A stretch of DNA of 64,000 bases, taken from the NCBI GenBank assembly GCA_017471445.1, contig JAFUTJ010000008.1, positions 48,382 through 112,381 of the forward strand, in the 5' to 3' direction. The position numbers were made by a program, and so were the translations under genes. Below the pieces are notes generated by a model. That model did no database searches, had not been told where the DNA came from, and saw only the letters and a list, made by a program, of their open reading frames with translations. Source of the DNA: Alphaproteobacteria bacterium. Lineage in GTDB: Bacteria > Pseudomonadota > Alphaproteobacteria > Rs-D84. Positions 27,871 through 38,139 of this stretch are shown here, in pieces (the first letter of the stretch is position 1; each line of letters starts with the position of its first letter).

Positions 27871-29407
27871 ATATAATCCTGATGTATTAAGTTGTTTGGC
27901 CAACCTTAGCAATGATGAAGTCTTTACTCCACCAACCATTGCCAACCAAATGCTGGATATGTTGCCAGCAGATTTATGGTCAAACCCAGATGCAAAGTTC
28001 CTTGATCCGTGTTGCAAAAGCGGTGTCTTTTTGCGTGAGATTGCAAAACGACTGATTGACGGATTGGCAAAAAAGATTCCGAATTTACAAGAACGACTGA
28101 ATCACATTTATTCAAAACAATTATATGGTATCGCAATTACCGAACTGACATCCATGTTGTCACGTCGCTCTGTGTACTGCTCTAAACTTGCAAATGGTAA
28201 GTATTCAATCTGTGACGAATTTAAAAACGAAAGTGGAAATATCGTTTTTAATCGCACAGAACACACATGGGAAAACGGGAAATGTAAATTCTGTGGTGCA
28301 TCCCAAGCAGAATATGACCGCGATGAAGCTCTGGAAACCCACGCATATCAATTTATACATGTAGACGAGGTATTTAAAATGAAGTTCGACGTAATTATTG
28401 GGAACCAATCTTATCAAATGAGTGTTGGAAATGATGGTGGAAATAGTTCAAAGGCAAAATCCATTTATCATTTGTTTGTGGGACAAGCATTAAACCTTCA
28501 ACCGCGTTATCTGACCATGATTATCCCATCAAGATGGACGACCAGGACGACAGAAGTTATTCCAGATGAATGGATAGACAGAATCTTAGCTTCTAATCAA
28601 TTTAGAATATTGCATGATTTTGAAGCATCAGAAGATTGTTTCCCTGGTGTAAGTATAATGGGAGGCGTAAATTATTTCTTGTGGGACAGAGGTTACAACG
28701 GAGATTGTGAATATGTTTATCACTATCTTGACAATCCGACACCAATTACACGTTCCGGAATATTGGATCCAAATCATTTAGGTTTTATTATAAGGGATCC
28801 AAAATCTCACGCAATAATTCATAAAATTGAAAAAATTGAAGGAGATTATTCAGCGGACGATTCTACCAACTTTTCTGGTTTAGTAAGTCCTAAAGATTTT
28901 TTCACCAACAAGCAAAGCTTAACATCTAGCTGGGACAAGTTTAGTGACACCAGAGATAAAAACTTCAATATAAAATATTATCTTAACAAGCAAATTCATA
29001 AAAAAGAATTTGGCTGGGTTGCTAAAGACCAAATTCCAAAGAATCATCAAACGATTCCTTTACACAAAGTTATTATTCCAACAGCAAATGGTTCAATGGA
29101 CATGGTTTTAGGCAAACCATTTTATGGTGAACCAAATAGTGTTTGCTCACAGACATATTTAGTGATAGGTTACGACCTCGAAAAACACAACTTTAATGAA
29201 ACGCAATGTAAAAATATAATTTCTTACATAAGAACACGTTTTTTTCGTTATTTAGTAAGTATCAAAAAGAAAACCCAAAATGGTCCGCGTGGTGTTTATC
29301 AGTTCGTTCCAATGCAAGATTTCAATGAAGAATGGACTGATGAAAAATTATACAAGAAATACAAACTTACCAAAGATGAAATTGCGTTTATTGAATCTAT
29401 GGTTTGA
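27860..29407 (+). CDS. Eco57I-type N6-adenine DNA methyltransferase-domain protein with degenerate catalytic motif (NQSY instead of NPPY)
   Basis: DEVFTPPTIANQMLDML, FLDPCCKSGVFL, FDVIIGNQSYQM, then PSRW...FPGVSIMGGVNYFLWDR, which is typical of this family. Confidence 0.7.
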   Translation: MQNKYNPDVLSCLANLSNDEVFTPPTIANQMLDMLPADLWSNPDAKFLDPCCKSGVFLREIAKRLIDGLAKKIPNLQERLNHIYSKQLYGIAITELTSMLSRRSVYCSKLANGKYSICDEFKNESGNIVFNRTEHTWENGKCKFCGASQAEYDRDEALETHAYQFIHVDEVFKMKFDVIIGNQSYQMSVGNDGGNSSKAKSIYHLFVGQALNLQPRYLTMIIPSRWTTRTTEVIPDEWIDRILASNQFRILHDFEASEDCFPGVSIMGGVNYFLWDRGYNGDCEYVYHYLDNPTPITRSGILDPNHLGFIIRDPKSHAIIHKIEKIEGDYSADDSTNFSGLVSPKDFFTNKQSLTSSWDKFSDTRDKNFNIKYYLNKQIHKKEFGWVAKDQIPKNHQTIPLHKVIIPTANGSMDMVLGKPFYGEPNSVCSQTYLVIGYDLEKHNFNETQCKNIISYIRTRFFRYLVSIKKKTQNGPRGVYQFVPMQDFNEEWTDEKLYKKYKLTKDEIAFIESMV

Positions 29408-29422
29408 CCAATGGGGTAAGTC

Positions 29423-31862
29423 ATGGCAAAGAAAGTATTATTTCCGGCACGGCCGAATTTGAATCCAACTATCTATGCTTATTGCGACACCAATCCGCAA
29501 TATGCGGGTATGTTAAAGGTTGGTTACACCACAAAAAACGCAGTTGATCGTGTTGCCAAACAGTACCCTATATTGAAACCTGGGGAAAAGCCATACAAGA
29601 TTGTAATTGATGAACCGGCCATTCGTGAAGATGGGTCTGTGTTTACCGACAAAGACGTCCATCGTTTGTTACGCAATCATGGCTTTATTCAGTTGCATGA
29701 CAAAGACAATAAATTGACCGAATGGTTTAAATGTTCCGAAGCTGATGTTATGGCGGCAATCGTTGCTTTGCGACATGGCGATTCTTTGGAAGTCCAGCGC
29801 ACCGAAGATTTTGGTATGCGACCAGAACAACAGGAAGCTGTTGATTAAACCATCGCTTATTTCAAGGCATATGCGAAAGAAAATCCGGGTAAAACATCTC
29901 ACTTTTTGTGGAACGCCAAAATGCGTTTTGGAAAAACTTTCACTGCATATCAATTGGTCAAACGCATGGGATGGGGCAAGATTTTAGTTTTGACTTTCAA
30001 ACCGGCTGTTAGCAGGCGTGGGAATCTGACCTGAATACCCACAAGGATTTTGAGGGCTGGCAATTTGTTTCCAAGAAAGAAAATCGACCGAACAATTTAT
30101 GGAATCTGTAAAACATTTGGATTTAAATAGTCCTATCGTTTGTTTCGGTTCTTTCCAAGATTATCTGGGCAAAAACGAAGCCGGCGGTATTAAAGCACAA
30201 AACGAGTGGGTTCATGGAACAAATTGGGATTGCGTAATCTTTGATGAATATCATTATGGCGCATGGCGTGAAAATGCAAAGGACCTGTTTGAAAATGAAT
30301 CAAAGGCAGAACAGAAAGCCATAAATAGCGAAGCAATTGATTATTTTGATGAATCTAATATGCCAATCACCACATCGCATTATTTGTACTTGTCTGGAAC
30401 ACCTTTCCGTGCAATAAACAGTGGTGAATTCATTGAAGAACAGATTTACAACTGGACATATTCCGATGAACAACGCGCCAAGGAAGAGTGGCCCGATCCA
30501 GAAACAAACCCTTATGCTGCGTTACCCCGTATGGTAATGATGACATATCAATTGCCAGAATCTATCCGTAATGTTGCATTGGGTGGTGAATTCGATGAAT
30601 TTGACCTGAATACCTTCTTTGAAGCCGAAGGTGAAGGTAAAAACGCCAAATTCAAATATGAAAATGAAGTACAAAAATGGTTGGACCTTATCCGTGGCAA
30701 TTTGATGGAAACGACAGTTGATAATTTGAAAATGGGTGCCAAGAAGCCGCCTATGCCCTTTGCCGACACCCGTTTATTGGGCATATTGTCACACACATTC
30801 TGGTTCTTGCCGTCTGTTGCCGCATGTCACGCTATGGCAAACTTGCTGAAACGCCGTCAAAATGTGTTCTATCATGACTATAAGATAATTATTGCCGCCG
30901 GAACCGAAGCCGGCATCGGCGAAAAAGCATTATTGCCAGTATTTGAAACGATGGACAATCCATTGGAAACAAAAACAATCACTTTATCATGTGGAAAATT
31001 GACCACGGGCGTGTCTGTAAAACCTTGGTCTGGTATCTTTATGTTAAGAAATCTTAAGACACCGGGAACGTATTTTCAGGCCGCTTTTCGCGTGCAAACA
31101 CCATGGGTTATCAAAAACCCAGATGGCGCACATCCAAATACCACGCAAATAATGAAGGAAGAATGCTATATTTTCGACTTTGCCCCGGATCGTGCGTTGC
31201 GACAAATAACGGACTACAGTTGCCGTTTGAACGTTGAAGAAAGCGATCCTGAAAAGAAAGTTGCCGAATTTATCAACTTCTTACCAGTACTGGCCTATGA
31301 CGGCAGTGCTATGCGTCAAGTAAATGCTGGTGAAATACTGGATATGGCAATGAGTGGTACCAGCGCAACATTGTTGGCACGCCGTTGGGAAAGTGCTTTG
31401 TTGGTCAATGTGGATAATGCCACCCTGATGCGTTTGATATCTAATGAAAAGGCAATGAAAGCCCTGATGAGTATCGAAGGTTTCCGCAGTTTGAATCAGG
31501 ATTTTGAAACCATTATCAACAAATCCAACGCAATCAAAGAAAAGAAACAAAAGGCCAATGAACGCGAACTGACCAAACAAGAAAAGAAAGAATTGTCCGA
31601 TTATCGGGAACGTACATTAAAAGACGTTATCACGCAATTGGAACCGGGACTATTCAAAAAGGTTACCGGTCTGGATGTGAAAGATTTTGAATTGTTGGTA
31701 AGCATCGGGGTATTTAACGATGCGTTGATGAATGATGCCGTATATAAATTCAAACGTTATGAAGATGCAAGTTTGGAATACTCCGGTATCAATAAACACA
31801 AAGGTGGTCCTGTCCCACGAAGATTACGAGATGATGTAAGGATTAAAAATCTAATGGATTGA
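29423..31862 (+). pseudogene. GIY-YIG/T5orf172-like nuclease fused to DEAH-helicase restriction subunit, disrupted (one in-frame TAA, two frameshifts)
   Basis: N-terminus IYAYCDTNPQYAGMLKVGYTT. TAA at 29846-29848 sits inside EQQEAVD*TIAYF...WNAKMRFGKTFTAYQL (P-loop). Frame changes occur near 30015 and 30090. Then FDEYHYGAW and YLSGTPFRAI in the 587-aa ORF. Confidence 0.75.
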
Positions 31863-34344
31863 ACTCTGTGCCTTTGGCCGTTTGTTGGGGCTTTCTAACA
31901 GTTTCTGTTTTCTCTGTTGCTGTTAACATAGCCTGCACGTTCGCCATATTAAAACCATCTACAATGTTCATAATATGTAATGCCATTGATGCGATTTTCT
32001 TCAAATCCTGTTCTGAAATGTGAAAATTTTCAGATATCTGCTGAGGATTCCCATGCGAATGCGGGTCAGTAACTTTAACAATATAAGCTAACTTATATTT
32101 TAAATCTTGTTTCGTCTTTTCATCGAGCCCATCCAATTTGTCTATCTTATCGACAAACGTATTTAGACCAGGACTATTATTTGGTCTACCATTATCCGCA
32201 ATAATAGCAAATTTAAAAGACAAAAACGTTTCCAAGACCCTCCTTATGTAATTTGGTAAATATCTTTTGGCTGATATGTAATCGTTATTTACACCTTCTG
32301 CGTATTCAATGATCGATTTTAGCATATAAAAATAAGGGGTCTCAAAATTTCTTAACTCTGGTGGCAACTCGATAAGTTTATTATTGTCCAAAAATAAACA
32401 GTTAGCATTTCCAGCGTAAAATGAATTAAAAAATTTCAAGAATAAAAAGTTATGACTTAATACTATCAACTGTTTTATATCTTTAAATGTTTCCCTTATT
32501 AAATAGGCTGTACTATAAAGTCTATTTTCGTCTAAACTAGAAATAGGATCATCTATAATTACAATTGCTTCTGCAGCTTTATTAGAAGATTTTATTTCAT
32601 TCTCATATTTACTCAGAAAATAAGAGAACGCAAGTGCTGTTTTTTCACCTTCACTTAAAGTATTTTTTAATTTGTTTTTTGTAACCATTTCAGGAATATA
32701 ACTTATAACAATATTTTCGTCCGGAGCGTCTTCGTTTATATCTACACTGAAGTGTTCTATCCCCATTAACCCCAAAAACTTGCCTATTCCCTTAGATTCT
32801 GATTTTATCTGTTTCAGTTTTTCTGTTAATGCTTTTTTATAAAACGATAGTGTTTTATCGTCATTATCATCAGCCTTTGATATTTCGTTTAAAATTTTCA
32901 TATTTTTGCTAAATTTCTTAATTCCGCCATCTTTTATGCTCTGATCAAAATCCACTAAAATTAAGTCATTATAAATAGCTCGCATTTCTTTTTCTATGGC
33001 ATTCGTGTTCAATTTTTGCGATTGAAGACTTGATAATAACGCAGATTTTATTTTATCTAAATTGTCAATATAATTTTCGTAACAAACAGAGTCAAATTTA
33101 TATTTCGGCATAAAGCTAACTTGAACGTACACGTTTGACAATTTGGCATCAATGCTCGCTGACAACTCAGTAAAAAAATTTTCGATTTCTTCAAAATCTA
33201 TGTTTGGTATAGAGTATTCTATTTGGATATGACTATACTTTTGTTTTTGTTTCTCCAATATTATAAAATTATTTTTGTTGATTTTGATATCATTGACAAA
33301 ACTCTCTACTTGGTTCTTTGTTGTTTTTAGTTCTTCAATAAAAATTTCATATTCCATATCAAAATATCTATCAAAATCTTGCAGTATAGATTCAATAGAA
33401 TCTGATATATCATTGTTGCAAATTGGGCAATATATTTTTTGATAGTTTTTTTTGACTCGTTTTAGTATATTTTTACCAAATCTAAACCACGGTTCTGCTT
33501 TATTTTTATCGGACTCATCTACTAACACATTTTTTATTTCATAAATTCTATTTTGCAATACCTGTTTTGATATTTGTTGAATTGTTTTATTTAATAGTGA
33601 CTTTATGTGCTCAATATTTATATTCGTCCTTTCGAACCCCAATTTTGCAAGTTCTTCACAATCATCTGCCATATCTGCCTGTCGCTTGCTTAACTCATAT
33701 TTTATTTTTAAAGAATTTATCTCGTTTTCTAATTCTTCGTATGTTTTTGTTGGGACCGTATACACTTGTTCCAATTTGGGAACAGATAACCGTTTATTTG
33801 CATCTGTGAGATTTTTACCAAACTTTCCGCTATATTTGTTAGTTATATTTTTTATATTTTCTTGTAATGAAATATTTTCTTTTTTTAATTCATCACTTTC
33901 TCGTTCGAGTGCATTTATTTTTTCTGTAATTTTTACGATATCATCATTCTTAATATTAGCGTTACCTGTTTTGGCAAATTTTTTAAGATTTCCTTTTGTT
34001 CCATCAAATACATGAGAAAATACAAAATTTTGGTTAAAAACAAAAAGATTTTTATCATGAACTCGATTTGCTGGATATTTTAAGATTCCATCTTGAGTAT
34101 TGATTTCAACATAAGCCGTGTCATCTATCTTTATATCGTTAAAAATTTCTTTCTTTTCATCTTCGCTTATAAATAAATTACTAGAAAACAACGATAAAAT
34201 ATTTGATAAAGTGGTTTTTCCAGAACCATTTGCTCCTAATATAATATTACAATTTTGATTAGGAACACTATATACAAAATCTTTCTCTTGCTGAAAATCT
34301 GTAAATTTACCAAATTTCGCACATTTATGGATGTTTTTTATCAT
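31843..34344 (-). CDS. AAA_13-type ATPase resembling RloC/PrrC anticodon nucleases (Walker A, long coiled-coil insert with CxxC, Walker B, C-terminal R-x3-E...H region)
   Basis: ILGANGSGKTT; CPICNND about 300 aa in; VIIDDPISSLDENR; LSHNFLF; C-terminal YIRRVLETF...DPHSHGN. Confidence 0.7.
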   Translation of the reverse strand: MIKNIHKCAKFGKFTDFQQEKDFVYSVPNQNCNIILGANGSGKTTLSNILSLFSSNLFISEDEKKEIFNDIKIDDTAYVEINTQDGILKYPANRVHDKNLFVFNQNFVFSHVFDGTKGNLKKFAKTGNANIKNDDIVKITEKINALERESDELKKENISLQENIKNITNKYSGKFGKNLTDANKRLSVPKLEQVYTVPTKTYEELENEINSLKIKYELSKRQADMADDCEELAKLGFERTNINIEHIKSLLNKTIQQISKQVLQNRIYEIKNVLVDESDKNKAEPWFRFGKNILKRVKKNYQKIYCPICNNDISDSIESILQDFDRYFDMEYEIFIEELKTTKNQVESFVNDIKINKNNFIILEKQKQKYSHIQIEYSIPNIDFEEIENFFTELSASIDAKLSNVYVQVSFMPKYKFDSVCYENYIDNLDKIKSALLSSLQSQKLNTNAIEKEMRAIYNDLILVDFDQSIKDGGIKKFSKNMKILNEISKADDNDDKTLSFYKKALTEKLKQIKSESKGIGKFLGLMGIEHFSVDINEDAPDENIVISYIPEMVTKNKLKNTLSEGEKTALAFSYFLSKYENEIKSSNKAAEAIVIIDDPISSLDENRLYSTAYLIRETFKDIKQLIVLSHNFLFLKFFNSFYAGNANCLFLDNNKLIELPPELRNFETPYFYMLKSIIEYAEGVNNDYISAKRYLPNYIRRVLETFLSFKFAIIADNGRPNNSPGLNTFVDKIDKLDGLDEKTKQDLKYKLAYIVKVTDPHSHGNPQQISENFHISEQDLKKIASMALHIMNIVDGFNMANVQAMLTATEKTETVRKPQQTAKGTEFNPLDF

Positions 34345-34383
34345 TGTTTTTAGCCTGTATAATAAATTTAATCAGCACATTCA

Positions 34384-35142
34384 CTAAGACAATGCCGTAT
34401 TTATTTTATTTGGATCAATAGGTATACCCGCTGCTTGCATATGTTTTATGATAGAATTACCTGCTTCTTTTATAACAGAATCCTTGAAAGGCACATACAA
34501 CAAACCACTTACATCAGATGGATCTTCTATATCACCTTTGCGTAATATCGCTACTTTATGGCGTCCTATAGAACCAATTAAAATACCCATTTCTAAAATT
34601 ACATTTTGCCGTGCTCGTGACCGCAAGTTGCAATTATTTTGTTCATAATCTTTTTTGCTACACCCAACATCATCTGGGGTCATTAAAACAATTCCAAACG
34701 CTGAATCATAGACAATTCTTTGTTCCAAAGCTTCTATTATAGTCTTTCCTCCCTCAACATTATTTTTCAATATATACGGTTCAAGCCCCAATCGCATAAT
34801 AAACAACTCTAACTCTCGCAAGGATGTATCATCGTGTCCGTGAACAATAAAAATTTTCTTACTTGCAATTGATGGAACAAAATTTGATTGGGGAGCCTGC
34901 ATAACATTGCCACAAATATTATTTAATGCATTAAAGAAAGCTTCTTCAAACTTGTGTTTGTTTTCTCCGTCTGGACCTTGAATATTTATTGTTTTACTTG
35001 AATCCCACCAATTTAAACATATTCCCGTTTCGGTTCTAAATTGTTTTTGTCCGCTAGATAATTCTTTCCATTCTCCCTTAAAGCCGGTATGATTAACCTT
35101 GTCTTGTAATTCTTGATATGTCCCTGTAAATTTATTTGCCAT
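34384..35142 (-). CDS. TIR-like nucleotide-binding protein (COG4271 / Cap12-PycTIR-type TIR-like domain) with unknown ~95-aa N-terminal domain
   Basis: KIFIVHGHDDTSLRELELFI...FGIVLMTPDDVG...RSRARQNVILEMGILIGSIGRHKVAIL...DPSDVSGLLYVPF matches the bacterial TIR-like family pattern. Confidence 0.7.
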   Translation of the reverse strand: MANKFTGTYQELQDKVNHTGFKGEWKELSSGQKQFRTETGICLNWWDSSKTINIQGPDGENKHKFEEAFFNALNNICGNVMQAPQSNFVPSIASKKIFIVHGHDDTSLRELELFIMRLGLEPYILKNNVEGGKTIIEALEQRIVYDSAFGIVLMTPDDVGCSKKDYEQNNCNLRSRARQNVILEMGILIGSIGRHKVAILRKGDIEDPSDVSGLLYVPFKDSVIKEAGNSIIKHMQAAGIPIDPNKINTALS

Positions 35143-35522
35143 TTAATCACCTTTATTTTGCTTTTATATTAGCAAATTCATTATGAATTTTTCCATATAA
35201 AAATCGTTAGCAACAAATTATTGCTATTGTCGCTGAAAGCATAAACTGATATGGTTTTGTGAGGGGGATTTTTGGGGCTCTGGTTTCAAACAGATTTCAG
35301 GTTGAATACTGTATGATTACCGATTGATTTCTATACGGCTAGGCGTTCGCACTTGTACCGCACATAACGCTTTGTTTTTACGCAGTAAAACATCAAGGCG
35401 CGAACCGCGAACACATTTTTGAATTCTGACGCTAGCAGGGTGGGATGCTCGCCGTTACCCTCGATGAAAAAGTCCGTCACAGTACCTTTTTATTTTTTAC
35501 CGATACAAAAATCAAACAGAAA

Positions 35523-35948
35523 TCAGTCTGATTCTTGGTTCTTGTTTGGCATCGCATTTAACCTTTCGGTCAGCCGATCCAGCGCAGTTTCGTATCGCGC
35601 AATAATGTTTTGTCGTGACAACCCCAAACATTTTGCGATTTTTGGAAAACTCATCTGGCAGGCACGCATCCAAATTATGCGTTTATTCGTGGTGCCGTCT
35701 ATCGTTTTAAAACATTGCCGGGTCACGAGCCCCCAGATATCTATTTGTTCGCTTGTGGGGTTTCTTTTGCTTTTAAAGTCGTCAAAATGGTCGTCCCATG
35801 ACAAATCATACCATTTCTTGATAATACCCCATTCACCCCAACCGTCCGGGCGCGGATATCGCGACATCAGTGCCCTGTCCGTCAGCACGGCGATACCGAA
35901 CCAGTATTTTACTTTGTCTTTGCTCCACTTTTCTTCTTCGCCGTTCAT
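35523..35948 (-). CDS. island protein with C-terminal sigma-70 region-4-like HTH
   Basis: 141 aa, with ...MSFPKIAKCLGLSRQNIIARYETALDRL at the C-terminus. Confidence 0.5.
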   Translation of the reverse strand: MNGEEEKWSKDKVKYWFGIAVLTDRALMSRYPRPDGWGEWGIIKKWYDLSWDDHFDDFKSKRNPTSEQIDIWGLVTRQCFKTIDGTTNKRIIWMRACQMSFPKIAKCLGLSRQNIIARYETALDRLTERLNAMPNKNQESD

Positions 35949-35950
35949 CT

Positions 35951-36337
35951 CTACTCCCTTAGGTTATTTTGATAGAATGTATTTTCCTGTTCTATCCACA
36001 TGGCAATCTGTTTCATAGACAACTGCCGACCTTTACGTTTTTGTCGTAAAGTTCGTTCTGCCCTATCAATAACTTCCGGTGGAAAAAAGTCTGTATATTT
36101 TCTGAATTCTGGGTACACATTCCCCAAGATTTCAAAACTGAAATAATCATTGATGCGAAAGATATCAACATCTGAATCAATGTTTTCAACAAGGTTTTCA
36201 ACAATATTTTCGGCATTACTACTTACTGTATCTTTTGCAATAACATTATGTTTTTCATTATGATTATCAATACTACTTTCTATTACCGTTGATTTCTGTT
36301 CTGATTTCAGACCTGATTTCAGAGACCGCGGTCGCAT
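35951..36337 (-). CDS. hypothetical island protein (128 aa)
   Basis: ORF in the same operon-like string downstream of the integrase. No family recognised. Confidence 0.45.
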   Translation of the reverse strand: MRPRSLKSGLKSEQKSTVIESSIDNHNEKHNVIAKDTVSSNAENIVENLVENIDSDVDIFRINDYFSFEILGNVYPEFRKYTDFFPPEVIDRAERTLRQKRKGRQLSMKQIAMWIEQENTFYQNNLRE

Positions 36338-36510
36338 TTTTCGCGGTATTTTTGTGCATCACGGTCTATCTGGTTCTTCATGTATTTCCACACAATCAAA
36401 TTGCTGTCCCGATTTGGATGTTCGAATATACAGTGCAACAGTTTGGCACATTCAGATTCTGGCATATCTTTAATAAGAATCGCCATGGTTGGATCGATTA
36501 GTATTTTCAT
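36319..36510 (-). CDS. hypothetical island protein (about 63 aa)
   Basis: Start MKILID preceded by AAAGGTGG. First gene after the GTGGC repeat cluster. Confidence 0.45.
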   Translation of the reverse strand: MKILIDPTMAILIKDMPESECAKLLHCIFEHPNRDSNLIVWKYMKNQIDRDAQKYREKCDRGL

Positions 36511-36570
36511 ATTTGCCACCTTTAATATCAAAATAACTGCTTATTTACAGCCTCAGACGGGTCTATGCGG

Positions 36571-36630
36571 GTGGCAGATGGGGTGGCGCGGTGTGGCAGG
36601 TGAACGAAGCATGTGGCCTTTTGGTGTGGC
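36571..36630. repeat. cluster of five direct GTGGC(R) repeats (candidate protein-binding sites)
   Basis: GTGGC at 36571, 36583, 36593, 36613 and 36626, with spacings of 12/10/20/13 nt. A local GC-rich patch between the integrase stop and the next operon start. Confidence 0.6.
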
Positions 36631-36660
36631 GTTTTTGACCGAACTGTACCACATCTACTG

Positions 36661-37881
36661 CTACGCACATATTGCATCGGCTATATGATTGACCGCTTGG
36701 AATGTGTTTTTGTTGGCAATATGTGTGTACATTTCCATCGTAGTCAATTTGGTATGTCCGGCGGCATCCTTCATTGCGTTCATATTTTCGCCCAAGTTCG
36801 CCCCCATAGTGATGAAAGAGTGTCGTAAATCATGTATCCGCATGTGCGGCAGCCCCGCCTGACGCAACGCCCAAAGAAACGGTTTCGTGACGTTAGATAT
36901 CGGTTTATCTTTGTCATGTACACCTGGAAATACGTAAATACTGTCAATATCTGCAGGTTCCGCCAACGCCAATCGCAATTCTGCCACCGCAACATCGGAC
37001 AGTTTTACGTCCCTGGCCCCTGTTTTACTGTCTTTCAAGTGAATCATTTTTTCGTCCAGCGCAACCTCTGTTCTTTCCAAATCGGTTATTTCTGAACATC
37101 GGCATCCAGTCAATGCCAGTATCTTTAATGCCCGGAACATACGCGGTGTCATATCAGGTCGGTCTAGCCCCATATCCAGCGCAGCAAACAGTTTTTTATA
37201 CCCGTCTAAATCCAGGACTACTGCTTTGAATTTTTCATTTGAACCTTTCTTGACGTATTTGCACAGATTACTGCCCCGTGGAACATATTTATATGTTTCA
37301 CACCAATCCCACATACTAGAAAACAATGACAATGTTTTATTAACGGTTGAAAACGATGTTGCTTTTGCCCAGGCCGTATATGCATCTACAAGATCTTTTT
37401 CCTCGATGTCTTTCATATACATATCGCCAAATCTTGGTTGGATGTATGATCTGTATTCCTTGCCATCTGAATATTGGGTACTCGGTTTCTTATACACGCG
37501 CGAATACTTTTCCATATATTCTGCAAAGACCTGTTCCACCGTCACGCGGCTTTCTTGTTCACGTTGTTGTTCTTTGCGTTTTTGTTCGCGTAAATCTATT
37601 GTGGCTTGCCCAGATGCTATGGTTTTACGGATTTCCAACGCACGTTCTTTGATTTCGGACAACTTAAAATCCCCGTAACGCCCCACCAACATTTGTCGTT
37701 GTTTACGAGTCACCCCGCTTCTGTAAGACAGATAAAAACTTATATTTCCTGTTTTCGTATAATATCGCAGATACAGCCCCGGTATGGTACTGTCGCTGAT
37801 TTGCATGTTGCACGGACCGGTCAAGGTTTTTATCCAGTTGTCGCGGAATACCCTGGTCGCGCATTGCCATTTTAGTCGCAT
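36661..37881 (-). CDS. int: tyrosine site-specific integrase (P4-like, with DUF4102-type N-terminal arm-binding domain)
   Basis: 406 aa with ...IPGLYLRYY... near the N-terminus. The catalytic region has LTGCRCSE, HDLRHSF and AGHTKLTTMEMYTH. Confidence 0.9.
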   Translation of the reverse strand: MRLKWQCATRVFRDNWIKTLTGPCNMQISDSTIPGLYLRYYTKTGNISFYLSYRSGVTRKQRQMLVGRYGDFKLSEIKERALEIRKTIASGQATIDLREQKRKEQQREQESRVTVEQVFAEYMEKYSRVYKKPSTQYSDGKEYRSYIQPRFGDMYMKDIEEKDLVDAYTAWAKATSFSTVNKTLSLFSSMWDWCETYKYVPRGSNLCKYVKKGSNEKFKAVVLDLDGYKKLFAALDMGLDRPDMTPRMFRALKILALTGCRCSEITDLERTEVALDEKMIHLKDSKTGARDVKLSDVAVAELRLALAEPADIDSIYVFPGVHDKDKPISNVTKPFLWALRQAGLPHMRIHDLRHSFITMGANLGENMNAMKDAAGHTKLTTMEMYTHIANKNTFQAVNHIADAICA

Positions 37882-37953
37882 AATTACCCCCTTTGGTTAT
37901 ACATTTGTTACACAACACATACCGTATAAACGGCACAAGTCCAGTCAAAAGAA

Positions 37954-38139
37954 CTACTTCTGTTGTTTTAGTTTTCGGGATTCCACCCATGCATCTACAT
38001 CTGATTGTTTATACCGGACCAAATGCCCCAGTTTGGCGTATATCGGTCCCTTGTTATTCATTCGGTATTCAATAATAGTTGAAACAGCGATACCCAGATA
38101 TTCACTAAGTTCTTTGGTGCTTAATAGTTTTTCTTGCAT
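37954..38139 (-). CDS. AlpA/excisionase-family HTH protein
   Basis: 61 aa. LLSTKELSEYLGIAVSTIIEYRMNNKGPIYAKLGHLVRYKQSDVDAWV is the typical AlpA/Xis (MerR-like HTH_17) pattern. Confidence 0.85.
   Translation of the reverse strand: MQEKLLSTKELSEYLGIAVSTIIEYRMNNKGPIYAKLGHLVRYKQSDVDAWVESRKLKQQK

Noticed and set aside
35419-36018. 199-aa plus-strand ORF across the island small-gene region
   Set aside because: The minus-strand ORFs form a tight operon with RBSs and a recognisable HTH, whereas the plus-strand ORF has none.
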